The position numbers and the translations under genes were made by a program. DNA of 64,000 nucleotides, taken from the NCBI RefSeq assembly GCF_963676685.1, contig NC_092352.1, positions 25,234,001 through 25,298,000 of the forward strand, written 5' to 3'. Shown here piece after piece: positions 1 through 11,886 of the stretch (position 1 is the first letter of the stretch; each line of letters opens with the position of its first letter). The DNA comes from Mytilus edulis (Eukaryota). The notes below the pieces were generated by a model, which searched no databases, was not told where the DNA came from, and saw nothing but the letters and a program-made list of their open reading frames with translations.

Positions 1-2
1 TT

Positions 3-589
3 TCAGAATATTAACTGGCCATCTAAATCAGTAGGTGCAGTTACTCTCAAATTCTTTATTCTATCTATCTGCTGCTGAGTAACACCTAGGACCATTAATT
101 AAACTGTCTGTAGTGGTATTCCATTTGGTTTGAAATTCATCATACGGAATTATTCTTGCTCTTATGTCATGCATCTATTGGTTGAATTCATTTAGTCTCT
201 TCAAATCTTCAACTTAGTAATCATTGAGAATTCGATTATAAGGAAACATATAACATTTAGATTAAGATTAGATTGTGCATGTTGTTATAACTTGACAAAT
301 ACAACCTGACTTCCTGCAACTATTTGTTTTTTCGTATTTATACAGGAAGCTCCATTGTTTTTGGGTCAGTGTTCCCTTTTTTTGGATATGTACAGTTAGC
401 ATGCAGTGAACAACACGTTGTATTGACACGAAAACAGTGCACAATGCGATGTATATTTGTATCTAAAAATTGGTAGAACGACAATCTATTTTCTCGCAGA
501 TGGTTGTCCAGAATCTTTTCACACGTTGGGTATACTAATTGATTTAATAATCCATTCAGACGCTCGTAATTTTGGTTTTCTGATGTCAT
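3..589 (-). pseudogene. Disrupted paralogue 1 of the Cys/His-rich DZIP3-HEPN-like family
   Basis: Manual translation from the ATG at 589 gives MTSENQNYERL..HRIVHCFR..CCSLHANC. After a frameshift at the T7 run (377-383) it continues GTLTQKQWSFLY..CRKSGCICQV, then LNLNVICFLIIEF, DLKRLNEFNQ*MHD..YDEFQTKWNTTTDSL and MVLGVTQQQIDRIK. This is colinear with ORFs 7422-8027 and 14949-15674 but needs about 4 frameshifts and has an in-frame TAG at 175-177. Confidence 0.85.
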
Positions 590-3258
590 GTTTCTTGCAG
601 GGACAAAAGAATAACCTGAAATGATAGTTATTATTGAATTATTGGTCGTGTCTGTGTCTATCTGTTTTATTCGTGACGTTGCTGTTTGAAATTTTGCGCG
701 AAAAATAGCTATCAAAAATAAGGGATTACCGATTATGTACTTTTGCTTACATTCATAGAACGCGAACATTCTTCGATACGGTACTATGGAATGTTGTATG
801 TTTGTACCTGTGTTTGTTGTTGGTCATACTAGCATGATTGTATGGCTTTTTTCTAAAATGATGATCATTGTTTGTTGTTGTTGTTTTTTATTCCTGTTGT
901 AATTCCACTGCTCGAAATTAAAGGAAGTTGTTTTTGTGTTAAAACTAACAATGACGGTGTAAACCTGGCACGCACATATCTATCTGTTTATGAATCTTGA
1001 TGTGTAGTCTTAAGTTATGTCTTTATGTTTAAGTCATTTAAGACGTCCGTTTTATTAACAAATTTTGATAGCCTGTTAAAATTATTATCAATTTCTCAAT
1101 ATTATCTTTTATTTATATTTTAAAGCCGAAGTTACTATGAAATTATAAAGAAAAACATGAATTTGTTTATATATAATATATATATATATTTAGAATCTTA
1201 CCGATATTTGTTGGTCAATATTCAAAATCCTTACAAATACCACATGACATGAAATTATAAATAGTTGACCTTTTTCAAATGTTTAGATTTTTGTTAGACT
1301 TACAAAGCGATTCACATAAGTGAATCTTTATTGTTTTTATTGTTTTATTAACTATGAATAAAGAATATTTAGTACGTACGTATGTAATTTTATAATGTCA
1401 TAACCGTTCTAATCGATAATTTTTATAGTGTATGTTTTAGTTCAAACATGTGTGTTAACAACACCAAATTTCTAAAAGCAAATCGAAGTAATAGGATAAT
1501 AAGAACTAATTATTAGTTTATGGTTATATACAAAAGCCATTTGAACTTTCAGTCCAGGTAAAGGAATAAGAGTGAGTCATGATGTTTTGACATGGAAGAT
1601 GCTGCTTAATATGCCAGCACTACAGGCTTCAAGTTAAATTCATACACATTTCTTTGCACTTTTCAAAGAAACTTGAAAAACCGTTGACACATATGTACAA
1701 TGTAGGGCATGTAGTATTTTCGGCATAGTCATGACGTTTCTCTACTAAATTTAGACTATGTTATGATCAACCATTCAGTCTTGTCGAATGTAGAACTGTA
1801 GTTTTAAGACGAATTGATCTTCCTCGCATTCCCGATTTATTAAATTGAATTAGATATTAATAAACAATAATTAAACTCACAAAACATAGAATATGTGAGT
1901 TCTTCTTGATAAAATATCTGCTATGTCGAATTAACTGACCTAGTATTGTCTATTTTTTTCCAGCGTTTCATATAACAAATGAAATTAATCGAACTAATTG
2001 AAAAAAAATTAGTATCGTGATTGTCAAAAATGTTTCTTTTTTGCTTAAATTTTTAGAAAATGGTGAAGATATATAAATCAGAATCGTTATAATCAAACTA
2101 CCTTGGATACACGAGATACCAGTAAATATAGAATGGATAAATTGCACAGCCTTATCGTCAGTATGATTGCCAATAGGACAACATCCATCAGAGACAAAAG
2201 GACGATATCGTCAAACAGACATCTATTATGAATAGTTTTTTCAAAGAAGTCTTATTTTTTAAAAGGCAATGATATATTTTTTTTCACTTGTTCTGATATT
2301 TATCTTTTTGATATTTTTTAATATCTGCAAGAATAATTGATACTACCTTGTGTGTTTTTTTATTTCTGTTTCATTATTGTTCACTTTTATTTTCTTTAAT
2401 AATTTACAAAACAAAACAGGCCATATGAGCGTACAAATGAAAGGTGTATGTATTAATAGATACAAGGGCAGTTGTACCAGACAAAAAGGTTTTTTAAGTG
2501 AAAAATTAGGCAGTTACAAATTAAACTTTTTTTTCTTCAATTCTTTGTAAAACGTTGACACTCAAAAGAAACAACAATAATAGTACCTTTTAAATACTAT
2601 AGTGCATTTTTTTAAAAGTACATAACCTTAAGTGGGCTTTCCTTTATTTTCAACAACACATGAGTCGGAAGCTATCCAATTTAAATTGCATCTAGTTATT
2701 ATTCATTATTTTTGAAATAAATGCCAAACGTTTAATTAGGGAAACGGTTATAAAACTTCTAGTTACGGCATCAATGTAAAAATGCCCCTGCTAGCTTCAC
2801 TGCAGATTCCAAATACGCAATACTAAGAATTTGTTCTTAATTATTAATGTACAGTTGTTGTTTCAGGCAATCGCGACAGTAAAGCAAGGGCAGTCTAAAT
2901 CTATAAAATTGCTTTTGAATGCTATATTTCAGTCATAACAGTACTTTCTTGCAGGCGGGATTATCAAAATCGAGACATGAAAGAACAATTAACATTTAAT
3001 TGATATGTGTCATATAACGATGGGAAATATTTAAGCGGACAAAGTAAATGCATAATGACATTTCCGACCTTATTAAGACACTTTCTTCGGAAATAATCTA
3101 TCTTTTGAAGACATCTTCCCACATCAATGTAAATATGTCAAAGGCAGCCTCAGAAAAACATGAACAACACAGAATATGGGCTATGTTCCGTAATATAAGG
3201 AATATCTTTATTTACAAAAATTTATAAACCACAAGTAAAACAAAAACGAACCCTAAAA

Positions 3259-3785
3259 CTTTACGACAAAAGGGATTAGTCCAGCTTCCCCATTATGTAC
3301 CTTTAATTTATATGTTTAAAGATTCCAGCAGAGCCTAAATATAGCTTTGTGTACCCCAGTTGATGCTTGGGTTTCTTATCATGATGTCCTTGATAGAGGA
3401 TTGCTACTAACATGGAAGATATATTGAACGCATGGTTCTAATTTATAAAGGTTGGGTAATATTTTCGAGAGTTGGTTGACCGTTATTGAATATCGGTGTC
3501 ACAGATGACAACGGTTAATTCAGTCGTCGTTACAGTCTCTTTCCCCTATTATAATATCACCGAATGTGACTTATCACTGAATGTGTACTTAAAATTATCA
3601 ACATGACGGGTGAAAATATTACAGCGGGATCCGCTTATCCTTTTAGAGAACCTGTAATTATTTTTTGTATTATTCTAGTGTTCAGGTTTAAATGTATTGT
3701 TTTCGTCATCTTTAGTTTTTACGATGTTGTTGACTCTTCGACTTATGAGTTTTGTTGTCCCCTTGGTATCTTTTGTCGTATTTTT
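3259..3785 (+). mobile_element. Degenerate 3' fragment of the Penelope-like retroelement
   Basis: Colinear with 9447-10057 (ctttacgacaaaag..., catgat.tccttgatagag, gagttggttgaccgtta, 3' end tgtccc.ttggtatcttt); many indels. Confidence 0.8.
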
Positions 3786-4009
3786 TAAGAAAGAAAAATG
3801 ATGAATATACTATAAGTTACCACTGTACAGAAAACAAACTAAAGATGGAGCAAATCGGGTGAGTGAAATAAACGAAGGGTCAGCAGTTCCAACTTCACAA
3901 GTGTTACCCGACGTGTAACTCTTGATGGAATATATTGTCGATTGGCATTAGACAATTATTGCCGATAATTGACATCCTTGTAAGTATCATAATGAATCAC
4001 AAATTGTGT

Positions 4010-4275
4010 AATATCCTCTCAACTAGGAGATATATATTCCGTATGCATGCTTGGCTAGTAGCTTGCTTCAGAGAAATGGAAAGTTCAGGGAATTTAAAAA
4101 AAGTAAAATAACAAAAATAATGAACTCCAAGGGAAATTCAAAACGGAAAGTCCTTATAAATGGCAAAATCAAAAGCTCAAACCGGCACAGCTTACTAAAT
4201 ACTATTAATTTGTAGATGTAAGTAAAAATTTAAAACAGACATAATGATATCTGTGGTATTTTTTATTTCAATTAG
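4010..4275 (-). mobile_element. Degenerate inverted Penelope-like RT fragment interrupted by another repeat (about 4087-4182)
   Basis: Reverse complement matches tgaactttccatttct..gcatacgg.atatatatctcc.agttg and gaaataaa..ataccacagata of the 9177-9755 copy. The insert matches the reverse complement of 12170-12245. Confidence 0.6.
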
Positions 4276-5443
4276 TTCAATGAAATAGTTCAATGGGATG
4301 TCATCATCAATTAATAACAGTTCAATTTTCACAATGTATGATTTGTTTCTTCCTTCAAGATACATAAATAACTGCGATTATTTTTTTCTAACTGTAGATA
4401 AATCTAATATAAAGAACACTAGTTTTCAAAGAAGGACGTAGACTGGGCTATTTATTAGTATTTTATGATACGCTTTGAATGCTGTGTTCTCTACAAATAA
4501 TCCATTACGCAATTAGCACCAATTTTGTTTTGTTAAAAAGCTATTAGCAAAAATAACCTTTACTGCATCTGAAATTAGAAACAATATTCTTAACTGAAAG
4601 TTAAGAGAACGACATTATAAATTACATTTCAATTCAGCTATAATCAATTTATAATTGTTTTTCTAAATTTATTATAAATCAAACATTATAACTATATTCA
4701 GTATAATTTCTATTCTCCTTTGCAGAAAAATCATCTTCAGGTTCAAAGGATATTCATATGAATTTTAAAAATATATATCTGGTATAATTGCTACCGAGAA
4801 AAAATGATAACAATTACATTGCGCAAAAAAATATACACTACAGTAAGCTATAAAAGGCCATGGTTTGAAAAAATGAAACAACTAAAGAAATTAACAAAAA
4901 TACCGAACTCTGAGAAAAAGAAAAACAATGCCATGATTTATGCTTCCACAAAACACCAATTAACATACTTAAAATATCAGCTTCACTCATCGGATCGCTA
5001 CCAAACAAAACAAATTACAAAAAGACATAGAAAAGACGCAAAGTATTGTTTTGCAAAATGCAGTTACTAAAGGCTAATCAAAGTCAAATTCTCCAAATAA
5101 ATCCATGTTAACCTAGACTAAAAATAATAATCAGAACACCTCACAAATATTTGGTAGAAAATTTAAAATTACTTAGTTAATGCTTGTTTCAAAATCTCGA
5201 TACCAGAGCACAAAACAAAAGAGATCAAAAGTCATGTAAAACAACTTTCGATTGTATAGGAAGTTTATGTAACAAGGAAAATAAATGTTGTGTTTTCAAT
5301 GATCTAATTGTCAGCTTTATACCTACTACGGTTGCAAATCTGATAGTCTAATGTGAACTTAACAGATTTTGTACTTTTGGTCAATACTCTCAAACAGTTT
5401 AGCGGTTTGTCTTGTAAGAAGTTTTCATACGTTTATATTCATT

Positions 5444-5830
5444 AATTTTACGGACGCCATCACGAGTTGGTTGACCGTTATGGAATAACCATTTCACAAT
5501 GATATCGGATATGTTCCTTACGTCGTAACTTCAGTCCCCTTCCCTTTCATAAATGTGACCTACCGAATTAGACTATTTACCGGATTAGTTATCTCATAAG
5601 CAACACGACGGGTGCCACATGTGGAGCAGGATCTGATTACCCTTCCGAAGCACCTGAGATCACCCCTAGTTTTTGGTGGGGTTCATGTTGTTTATTCTTT
5701 AGTTTTCTATTTTGTGTTATGTGTGCTGTTGTTTGTCTGTTTGTCCTTTTCATTTTTAGCCATGGCGTTGTCAGTTTCTTGTCGATTTATGAGTTTGACT
5801 GTCCCTCTTGTATCTTTCGTCCCTCTTTTA
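5444..5830 (+). mobile_element. Young 5'-truncated copy (3' ~390 bp) of the Penelope-like retroelement
   Basis: Near-identical to 9670-10057 and ends at the same ...gtatctttcgtccctctttta terminus. Confidence 0.92.
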
Positions 5831-6288
5831 TATACAAATAAAACTAGACACAGACCGTCAAGACCACTTGAATATCACCCCCTTCTTTTTGCAGGTTTTA
5901 ATTTCTCTGACAACTTTTTTTTCATTCTGCACAGCAACAATGTTATCTATTGAATAAAGCAAAATATTGATATTGTTTTCATTGATCTCAGTCTTGTTTA
6001 CTTTATTTATGTATACTAAGGACTAGTCTACATAATAGTATGTCAAACGTGTCCGTCGGATGGGAACGTTTAGTCCAATGTTCTGTGTTCAGGAAGTACA
6101 ACACTCTTTGCAAGTTAAAGATCCTTCTCAACAAGCTCTTTTTGGTAGGTCCATATCAAGTGACTGGTTGTTTAATTTATTGTATACTGTTTTGCTTTCA
6201 TGAACTATTTTTGTCTAAAATCTGTTAGTATTCATACTTGGGTGACTTCTGCCTTTTTCAATTAATGTTGTATAGTGTGTCATTGTGT

Positions 6289-6632
6289 GTTGTATTGTTA
6301 CACTGTCTCGTGTTAGGGTTAAAGTTGTCGACAGACAAAATTTTCAAATCCGCTGCATGTGTTTACACCTGTTCAAAGTCTTGTACCTGATGTTCAGTGG
6401 TTTTTCGTTTGTTAATGCGGTTCATACGTGTTTCTCGTTTCTCGTTTTATATAGATTAGACCGTTGTCCTACTTTACACTAGTCATTTTGGGGCCCTTTA
6501 TACCTTGCTGTTCGGTGTGAGCCAAGGCTCCGTGTTGAAGGCCGTACTTTGGCCTATAATGGTTTACTTTTACAAGTTGTGGCTTGGATGGAGAGTTGTC
6601 TCGTTGGCACTCATACCACATCTTCTTATATC
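6289..6632 (+). repeat. Abundant SINE-like interspersed repeat (terminus tggatggagagttgtctc.ttggcactcataccacatcttctta)
   Basis: The same terminus recurs at 19890-20052 and 38070-38185 (+), and inverted near 2160, 19208, 32348, 37655 and 52447. Confidence 0.75.
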
Positions 6633-7421
6633 TACTCACCATGACAGAGCTAGTGCCAATCCTACTGCTCCTCCTATGGGAATTCCCAGTATTATTAATA
6701 TCTTTAGATAATTTAAGGAATTATAAATTGTCAAAATCAATCCTAAATGGTTCAAAGTTTTAAATTCTGTGCTCAATTAAGTAACTATTTTTGCTTTTTA
6801 GGACACCTCTAGAAATTTCAACTGTTTCTAAAGTAACATTTAAATAGCAAGATATTTCACGGTGTGTGTTTTATATTCATTTTAAGACTTTTTTATATTA
6901 AGGATACCACACATCCCATCATTAAAACTCTACAGAGAGGTCCAATTATACTGTCCTGTTAATGAAAATAAAGATTACTTAGTGAATATCTAATTAGAAA
7001 AATAGAAATTATTCGGGGAAAAAAACAAAAAAAGCAATGACACGTTTTATATTATAAAATGTTCTTTTAATATATACACAATCACAATAATATATCACTC
7101 GACATTTCTTACAATGATAATCGGGCACTGGCTATTTTTAATTATATTTACCAACAGGTACTGAATATAATCTAAGAAAAGCCACAGTAAACAATATGAT
7201 AAAAAATTACTTTTTATTGGAATTATATACGGTTCTTTTTGGAATCACTCGAGATTTAAATTAAAAAAAAAGTAGAAACAAATTGAAAGATTTATCACAT
7301 CCTATGTCTCCGGCCTTTTCCTTATAAAGATACAGACAAGAGAAGCCGGAATGTTTCAGTACTCTATATATCAGCAGGATATTCAAAAACTTCATCATGA
7401 ATAATGAATTTAAGAACGTAA

Positions 7422-8027
7422 TTATCTTAATATATGTTGTATACTTACTTGCTTTACTGGGATAGGTGATGGTATTGTCCGTTTTACTTCATCTATTGCT
7501 GTTGATTCTAAACCAAGAACTAATAAACTATTTGTAACCGTATTCCAATTTCTTAGATACTCGTCTTTTTTTACTCTTGTATTTTCTAATTCGTGGAAAT
7601 ATTCACTGAATTTTTCGAGTTCTTTTAAAGCGGGAAATTTTTTAAATTCTATAATATTGAATTCGCGTATTAAAAACGTTAAGATTTCGACGTCGAATTT
7701 TGGCATTCGACGACTCTTTGTTAACACATGACAAATACAACCATCTTTAATACACTTTTTTGTCCTGACTTCCATAAAGATACGACCCCACGCACGTTCA
7801 CTTAGTGTCTGTGTCTCATTTAAAACACATTTGTATTTGTTCTGGAAGCAGCAATAAGCATCATGGCGGAAACAATGCATTATCCTATGTTTGTTTCTGT
7901 CCAAAAATGTAAACAGCGTCAGGTATTGTGATTGTAAGTAATTATTGAGTAATCTTTTACAAAATGGTAAAACAACTCTCTCTAACAGAAGCCGAAGTCG
8001 CTCGTAGTACTCAGTATCTGTAAGCAT
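7422..8027 (-). CDS. Paralogue 2: ~200-aa Cys/His-rich protein with a DZIP3-type HEPN-like domain, catalytic motif degenerate
   Basis: Intact 201-aa ORF. YYERLRLLL..FDVEILTFLIREF..ALKELEKFSEYFH..VKKDEYLRNWNTVTNSLLVLG follows the HEPN_DZIP3 pattern as I recall it (FDITLL..LLRN / RNxxAH / ISxxEF..W..L..LG). Acceptor ttttatcttcatacag| at 8037/8036, probable donor CAA|gtaagt at 7449/7448, upstream non-coding exon donor CG|gtaagt at 8569/8568. Confidence 0.75.
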   Translation of the reverse strand: MLTDTEYYERLRLLLERVVLPFCKRLLNNYLQSQYLTLFTFLDRNKHRIMHCFRHDAYCCFQNKYKCVLNETQTLSERAWGRIFMEVRTKKCIKDGCICHVLTKSRRMPKFDVEILTFLIREFNIIEFKKFPALKELEKFSEYFHELENTRVKKDEYLRNWNTVTNSLLVLGLESTAIDEVKRTIPSPIPVKQVSIQHILR

Positions 8028-9176
8028 TCTTTGTCACTGTATGAAGATAAAAGAGATTTTAAATTTGTTAGAATTTTTATCTATTAAGATAAAATCTTCG
8101 TTGGTGATCAAGGTAACCAATGTAATTCTCAACATTCAAAAATAGGCAGCACATTCCTGGAAACTTTCAGTACATTATCAGATCGAACTTATCGGCGTTG
8201 AATGCCTTGAAAAAATCGGTTGAAAGTTTAGAAGAGTCAAAATTAATCAGTTAGAGAATATTGAATATAACATTTTATGAAAAGTTTCCCCCATTAGCTA
8301 CTGTACATAGTTAAATAAAACTTATAAATAAATACTTTTTCATATTCGGCCCGCATACTGTAGTAGTATGTTTTACAGTATGTCCTTTCAAATTATATTA
8401 GATGCCCAAGGTGTCGTATTTGTAATTTATAGACCAACTGGATTCATCCTTTTAAACAATTCTTGGGTGTATTTCCTTGACTTTAAACTTTTTCTACACT
8501 GATACAAAAACAAAAAGTGTCTTTAATAAAAAGAAAGAAAAATGATTAACTTTAAAATTGAAACTTACCGTAAAGTGTGTGTGTTATAAATTTAGCGTGA
8601 CCTCGACAATCATGTCACATTTATTTCAATTGGTTTGAAATAAATATCTCTTGTGCTTTGCGAAACAGAACGTTTAACATTCATTGTTGTTAAAAACATT
8701 ACTTAATATTCGTACATATACATTGTAGATTGAATCAGACTTACTAATACAGTAACTATTTTTTAGACGAATTTTATTTCTTTATCAAAAATTGCAATGC
8801 CGGTTATTCCTTATAATGTTTTAATTAATTCTTAACAATCTCTGAAGCCAAATACGTAAAAAAAAGAAAAATCCTTGTGCAGCTATATAATCAAAAGTAA
8901 CCTTACAATATAGTCAAATTCATCCATGGTCAACTTTGACAAAGGCAGTTTGGTGTAATTTTAGCTTCTTCAAAATTTATCAAATAACATTAAGAAATGG
9001 ATTTAGGGAGTGTGTCAAAGAGACAACAACCCGACCAAAGAGCAGAAAAGCAAAATTTAGGCAAAGTTTTTTAATAATAATTTCAGTATCGAATCACTGA
9101 ATACTAAAATGATGATACCCTAGTGGCTTAACAGTCCACCTATAGTGGAATCGACCAATATAAGAAAATGAATATT

Positions 9177-10057
9177 ATACTTGCCGACTTGTTTCTTTAT
9201 TATTATGAGGCTGACTTCATGCAGGAACTTCTTAGGAAGAAAGATAAGAAGTTAGCAATATCCTTTAACTCTACTTTCCGCTATATAGATGACGTTCTTT
9301 CACTAAACAATTCAAAATTTGGTGACTATGTGGAACGCATCTATCCCATCGAATTGGAGATAAAGGATACTACAGATACAGTTAAGTCGGCTTCATATCT
9401 TGACTTACATCTAGAAATTGACAATGAGGGTCGGTTGAAAACAAAACTTTACGACAAAAGAGATGATTTCAGTTTTCCAATTGTGAACTTTCCATTTCTA
9501 AGTAGCAACATTCCAGCAGCACCTGCATACGGGGTATATATCTCCCAGTTGATACGATATTCCCGTGCGTGCATTTCCTATCATGATTTTCTTGATAGAG
9601 GGTTACTGCTCACCAGGAAGCTATTAAACCAAGAGTTCCAAATGGTGAAGTTGAAATCATCCCTTCGTAAATTTTACGGACGCCATCACGAGTTGGTTGA
9701 ACGTTATGGAATAACCGTTTCACAAATGATATCGGATATGTTCCTTACGTCGTAACTACAGTCCCCTCCCATTTCATGAATGTGACCTACCGAATTAGAC
9801 TATTTACCGGATTTGTAATCACATAAGCAACACGACGGGTGCCACATGTGGAGCAGGATCTGCTTACCCTTCCGGAGCACCTGAGATCACCCCTAGTTTT
9901 TGGTGGGGTTCGTGTTGTTTATTCTTTAGTTTTCTATGTTGTGTCATGTGTACTATTGTTTTTCTGTTTGTCTTTTTCATTTTTAGCCATGGCGTTGTCA
10001 GTTTGTTTTAGATTTATGAGTTTGACTGTCCCTTTGGTATCTTTCGTCCCTCTTTTA
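9177..10057 (+). mobile_element. 5'-truncated Penelope-like element (probably Naiad clade): C-terminal half of the reverse transcriptase plus structured 3' UTR
   Basis: ORF 9168-9755 contains LADLFL..YE, FRYIDD, YLDL and LYDKRDDFSF.IVNFP..SSNIP...AYGVYISQLIRY, which are PLE RT and thumb motifs. It stops without a C-terminal GIY-YIG domain. Several other copies occur in the window. Confidence 0.9.
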
Positions 10058-11534
10058 TACAAATTTGGTGAGTTTAATTTGCAATTCTAGCAAAATGAAA
10101 AAGAAACTTAAATACAATTTTTTTCTGTAACTACTTTAAATATTGAAGTTTCTGTGAATATGATATATGAATGTCAATTTTTATTTTCGGAAAACCTTGA
10201 AGACGTATGATTTATAACGCTTTAACTGAGATAACCAATTGCAAAGTTCACAGCTCATATTCAATTGTGTGGCAAACCTCTCTCATGCTGTACTAAATGC
10301 AGCGTTATTTTAAAAGATTGTGTTTTTCGCTCTTTAGTTCTGCATCTCATGACTATGCAGGTAAAGACTCGCACTTGATGGTTGAGTTTGATTTAATCTG
10401 GGTTTTCTTTTTCTGTTTGTCTTTTTTCGGAAAACAACCTTATTAGTCTATGACTTTTTCTCATAAAAAAATATTCTTACTAGGAAAAAGGATACGCGTT
10501 ATTCTAGCGTATTTTGCCATTGATTTTGATTTTTTCTTTGTTTCAGATCGTTGGTCTCTCTCGAATTTCCTTACAAATTATCATATAGGTTCATCATACG
10601 TGCTGATTGGGGGTAAGATGGCATTTTTATTGCTGGGTTATTTCATTGACGTAAAATTAACAAAGAGCTATATCTACTTCATACTTTTGGGTAATTTTAC
10701 TTTTGTGCTTACTTTACTTTTACAGAACTTTGTTACGACGTTATGAGATAATATCATTTTTGGGGATAAAAGCTCTTGACCTTGCGTTTTTGTATGTTGT
10801 ACTAAACCAACTTTAAATAAAATGTTGTATTTTCTCTTTTAATGATCAAGAGAAATCCTGTTATGCAATCTTTTTTTCAAATAATGATTTACAGGTATAT
10901 CGATTACTCCTGAACATGTTCCTTCAACAAGCATTGCACAAGTAGATGCTTAAAGTGGGCCACTTTGTTTATATTGAACAGCCGATCAATTAATTCAAAA
11001 ATGTGATGTTATGATTCTGAAGTTAAATGTAGCCCCTTCAAATTTTAGAACATTAATTAATTTGTTTTCTCACCATCTTCTAAAGGTACGTGTTCTTTTA
11101 TTTGTTGGTACATTTTTGTATTCTGTCTTAAATTTTTGTCTATATGCCTTTTTGTGATTCTTTGTTACATATTTGTTTGTTTTATGGTGAATAAGATTAT
11201 AACAAAATGTTTTATTTAAAATGCGTGATAAATTATAATCCTGTTACTTTTGATAACTATTTACACCACTGGGTCGATAACACTGCTGGTGGACGTTTCG
11301 TCCCCGACGGTATCACCAGCCCAGTAGTTAACACTTCGGTGTTGACATGAATATCAATTATATGGTAATTTTTATAATTTCCCTTTACAAAACTTTTAAT
11401 TTTTCGAAAAACTAAGGATGTTCTTATCCCAGGAACAGATTACCTTAGACGTATTTGGCACAACTTTTTGGAATTTTGGTTCCTCAATGCTCTTCAACTT
11501 TGTACTTGTTTGGCTTTAAACTACTTTGATCTGA

Positions 11535-11578
11535 GCGTCACTGATGAGTCTTATGTAGACGAAACGCGCGTCTGGCGT
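11535..11578 (+). ncRNA. Type I hammerhead ribozyme (intact core)
   Basis: gcgtca-CTGATGA-gtct tatgt agac-GAAAC-gcgc-GTC^tggcgt: stem I gcgtca/tggcgt, stem II gtct/agac, short palindromic stem III. Predicted cleavage 11572/11573. Confidence 0.9.
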
Positions 11579-11886
11579 ATTAGATTATAATCCTGGTACC
11601 TTTGATAACTATTAAACCACTGGGTCGATAACACTGCTGGTGGAAGTTTCGTCTCCGAGGGTATCACCAGCCCAGTAGTCAGCACTTCGGTTTTGACATG
11701 AATATCAATTATATGGTCATTTATATAAATTTCCCGTTTCAAAACTTTGAATTTTTCGAAAAACTAAGGATGTCCTTATTCCAGGAATAGATTTCCTTAG
11801 ACGTATTTGGTACAACCTTTTGGAATTTTGGTTCCTCAATGCTCTTCAACTTTGTACTTGTTTGACTTTTAACTATTTTGATCTGA

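Noticed and set aside
590-769. N-terminal 60 aa of ORF 338-769
   Set aside because: Homology to the paralogues starts at MTSENQNYERL (589); the extension looks like chance open frame.
5612-5953. ORFs MPHVEQDL... (also 9839-10090) as a duplicated membrane-protein gene
   Set aside because: They lie in the PLE 3' UTR and start at GTG; the hydrophobicity comes from T-rich repeat sequence.
9756-10057. SECIS element in the Naiad-like 3' UTR
   Set aside because: No convincing AUGA...AA...GA kink-turn spacing by eye and no in-frame TGA in the visible ORF; SECISearch on a full-length copy would be needed.
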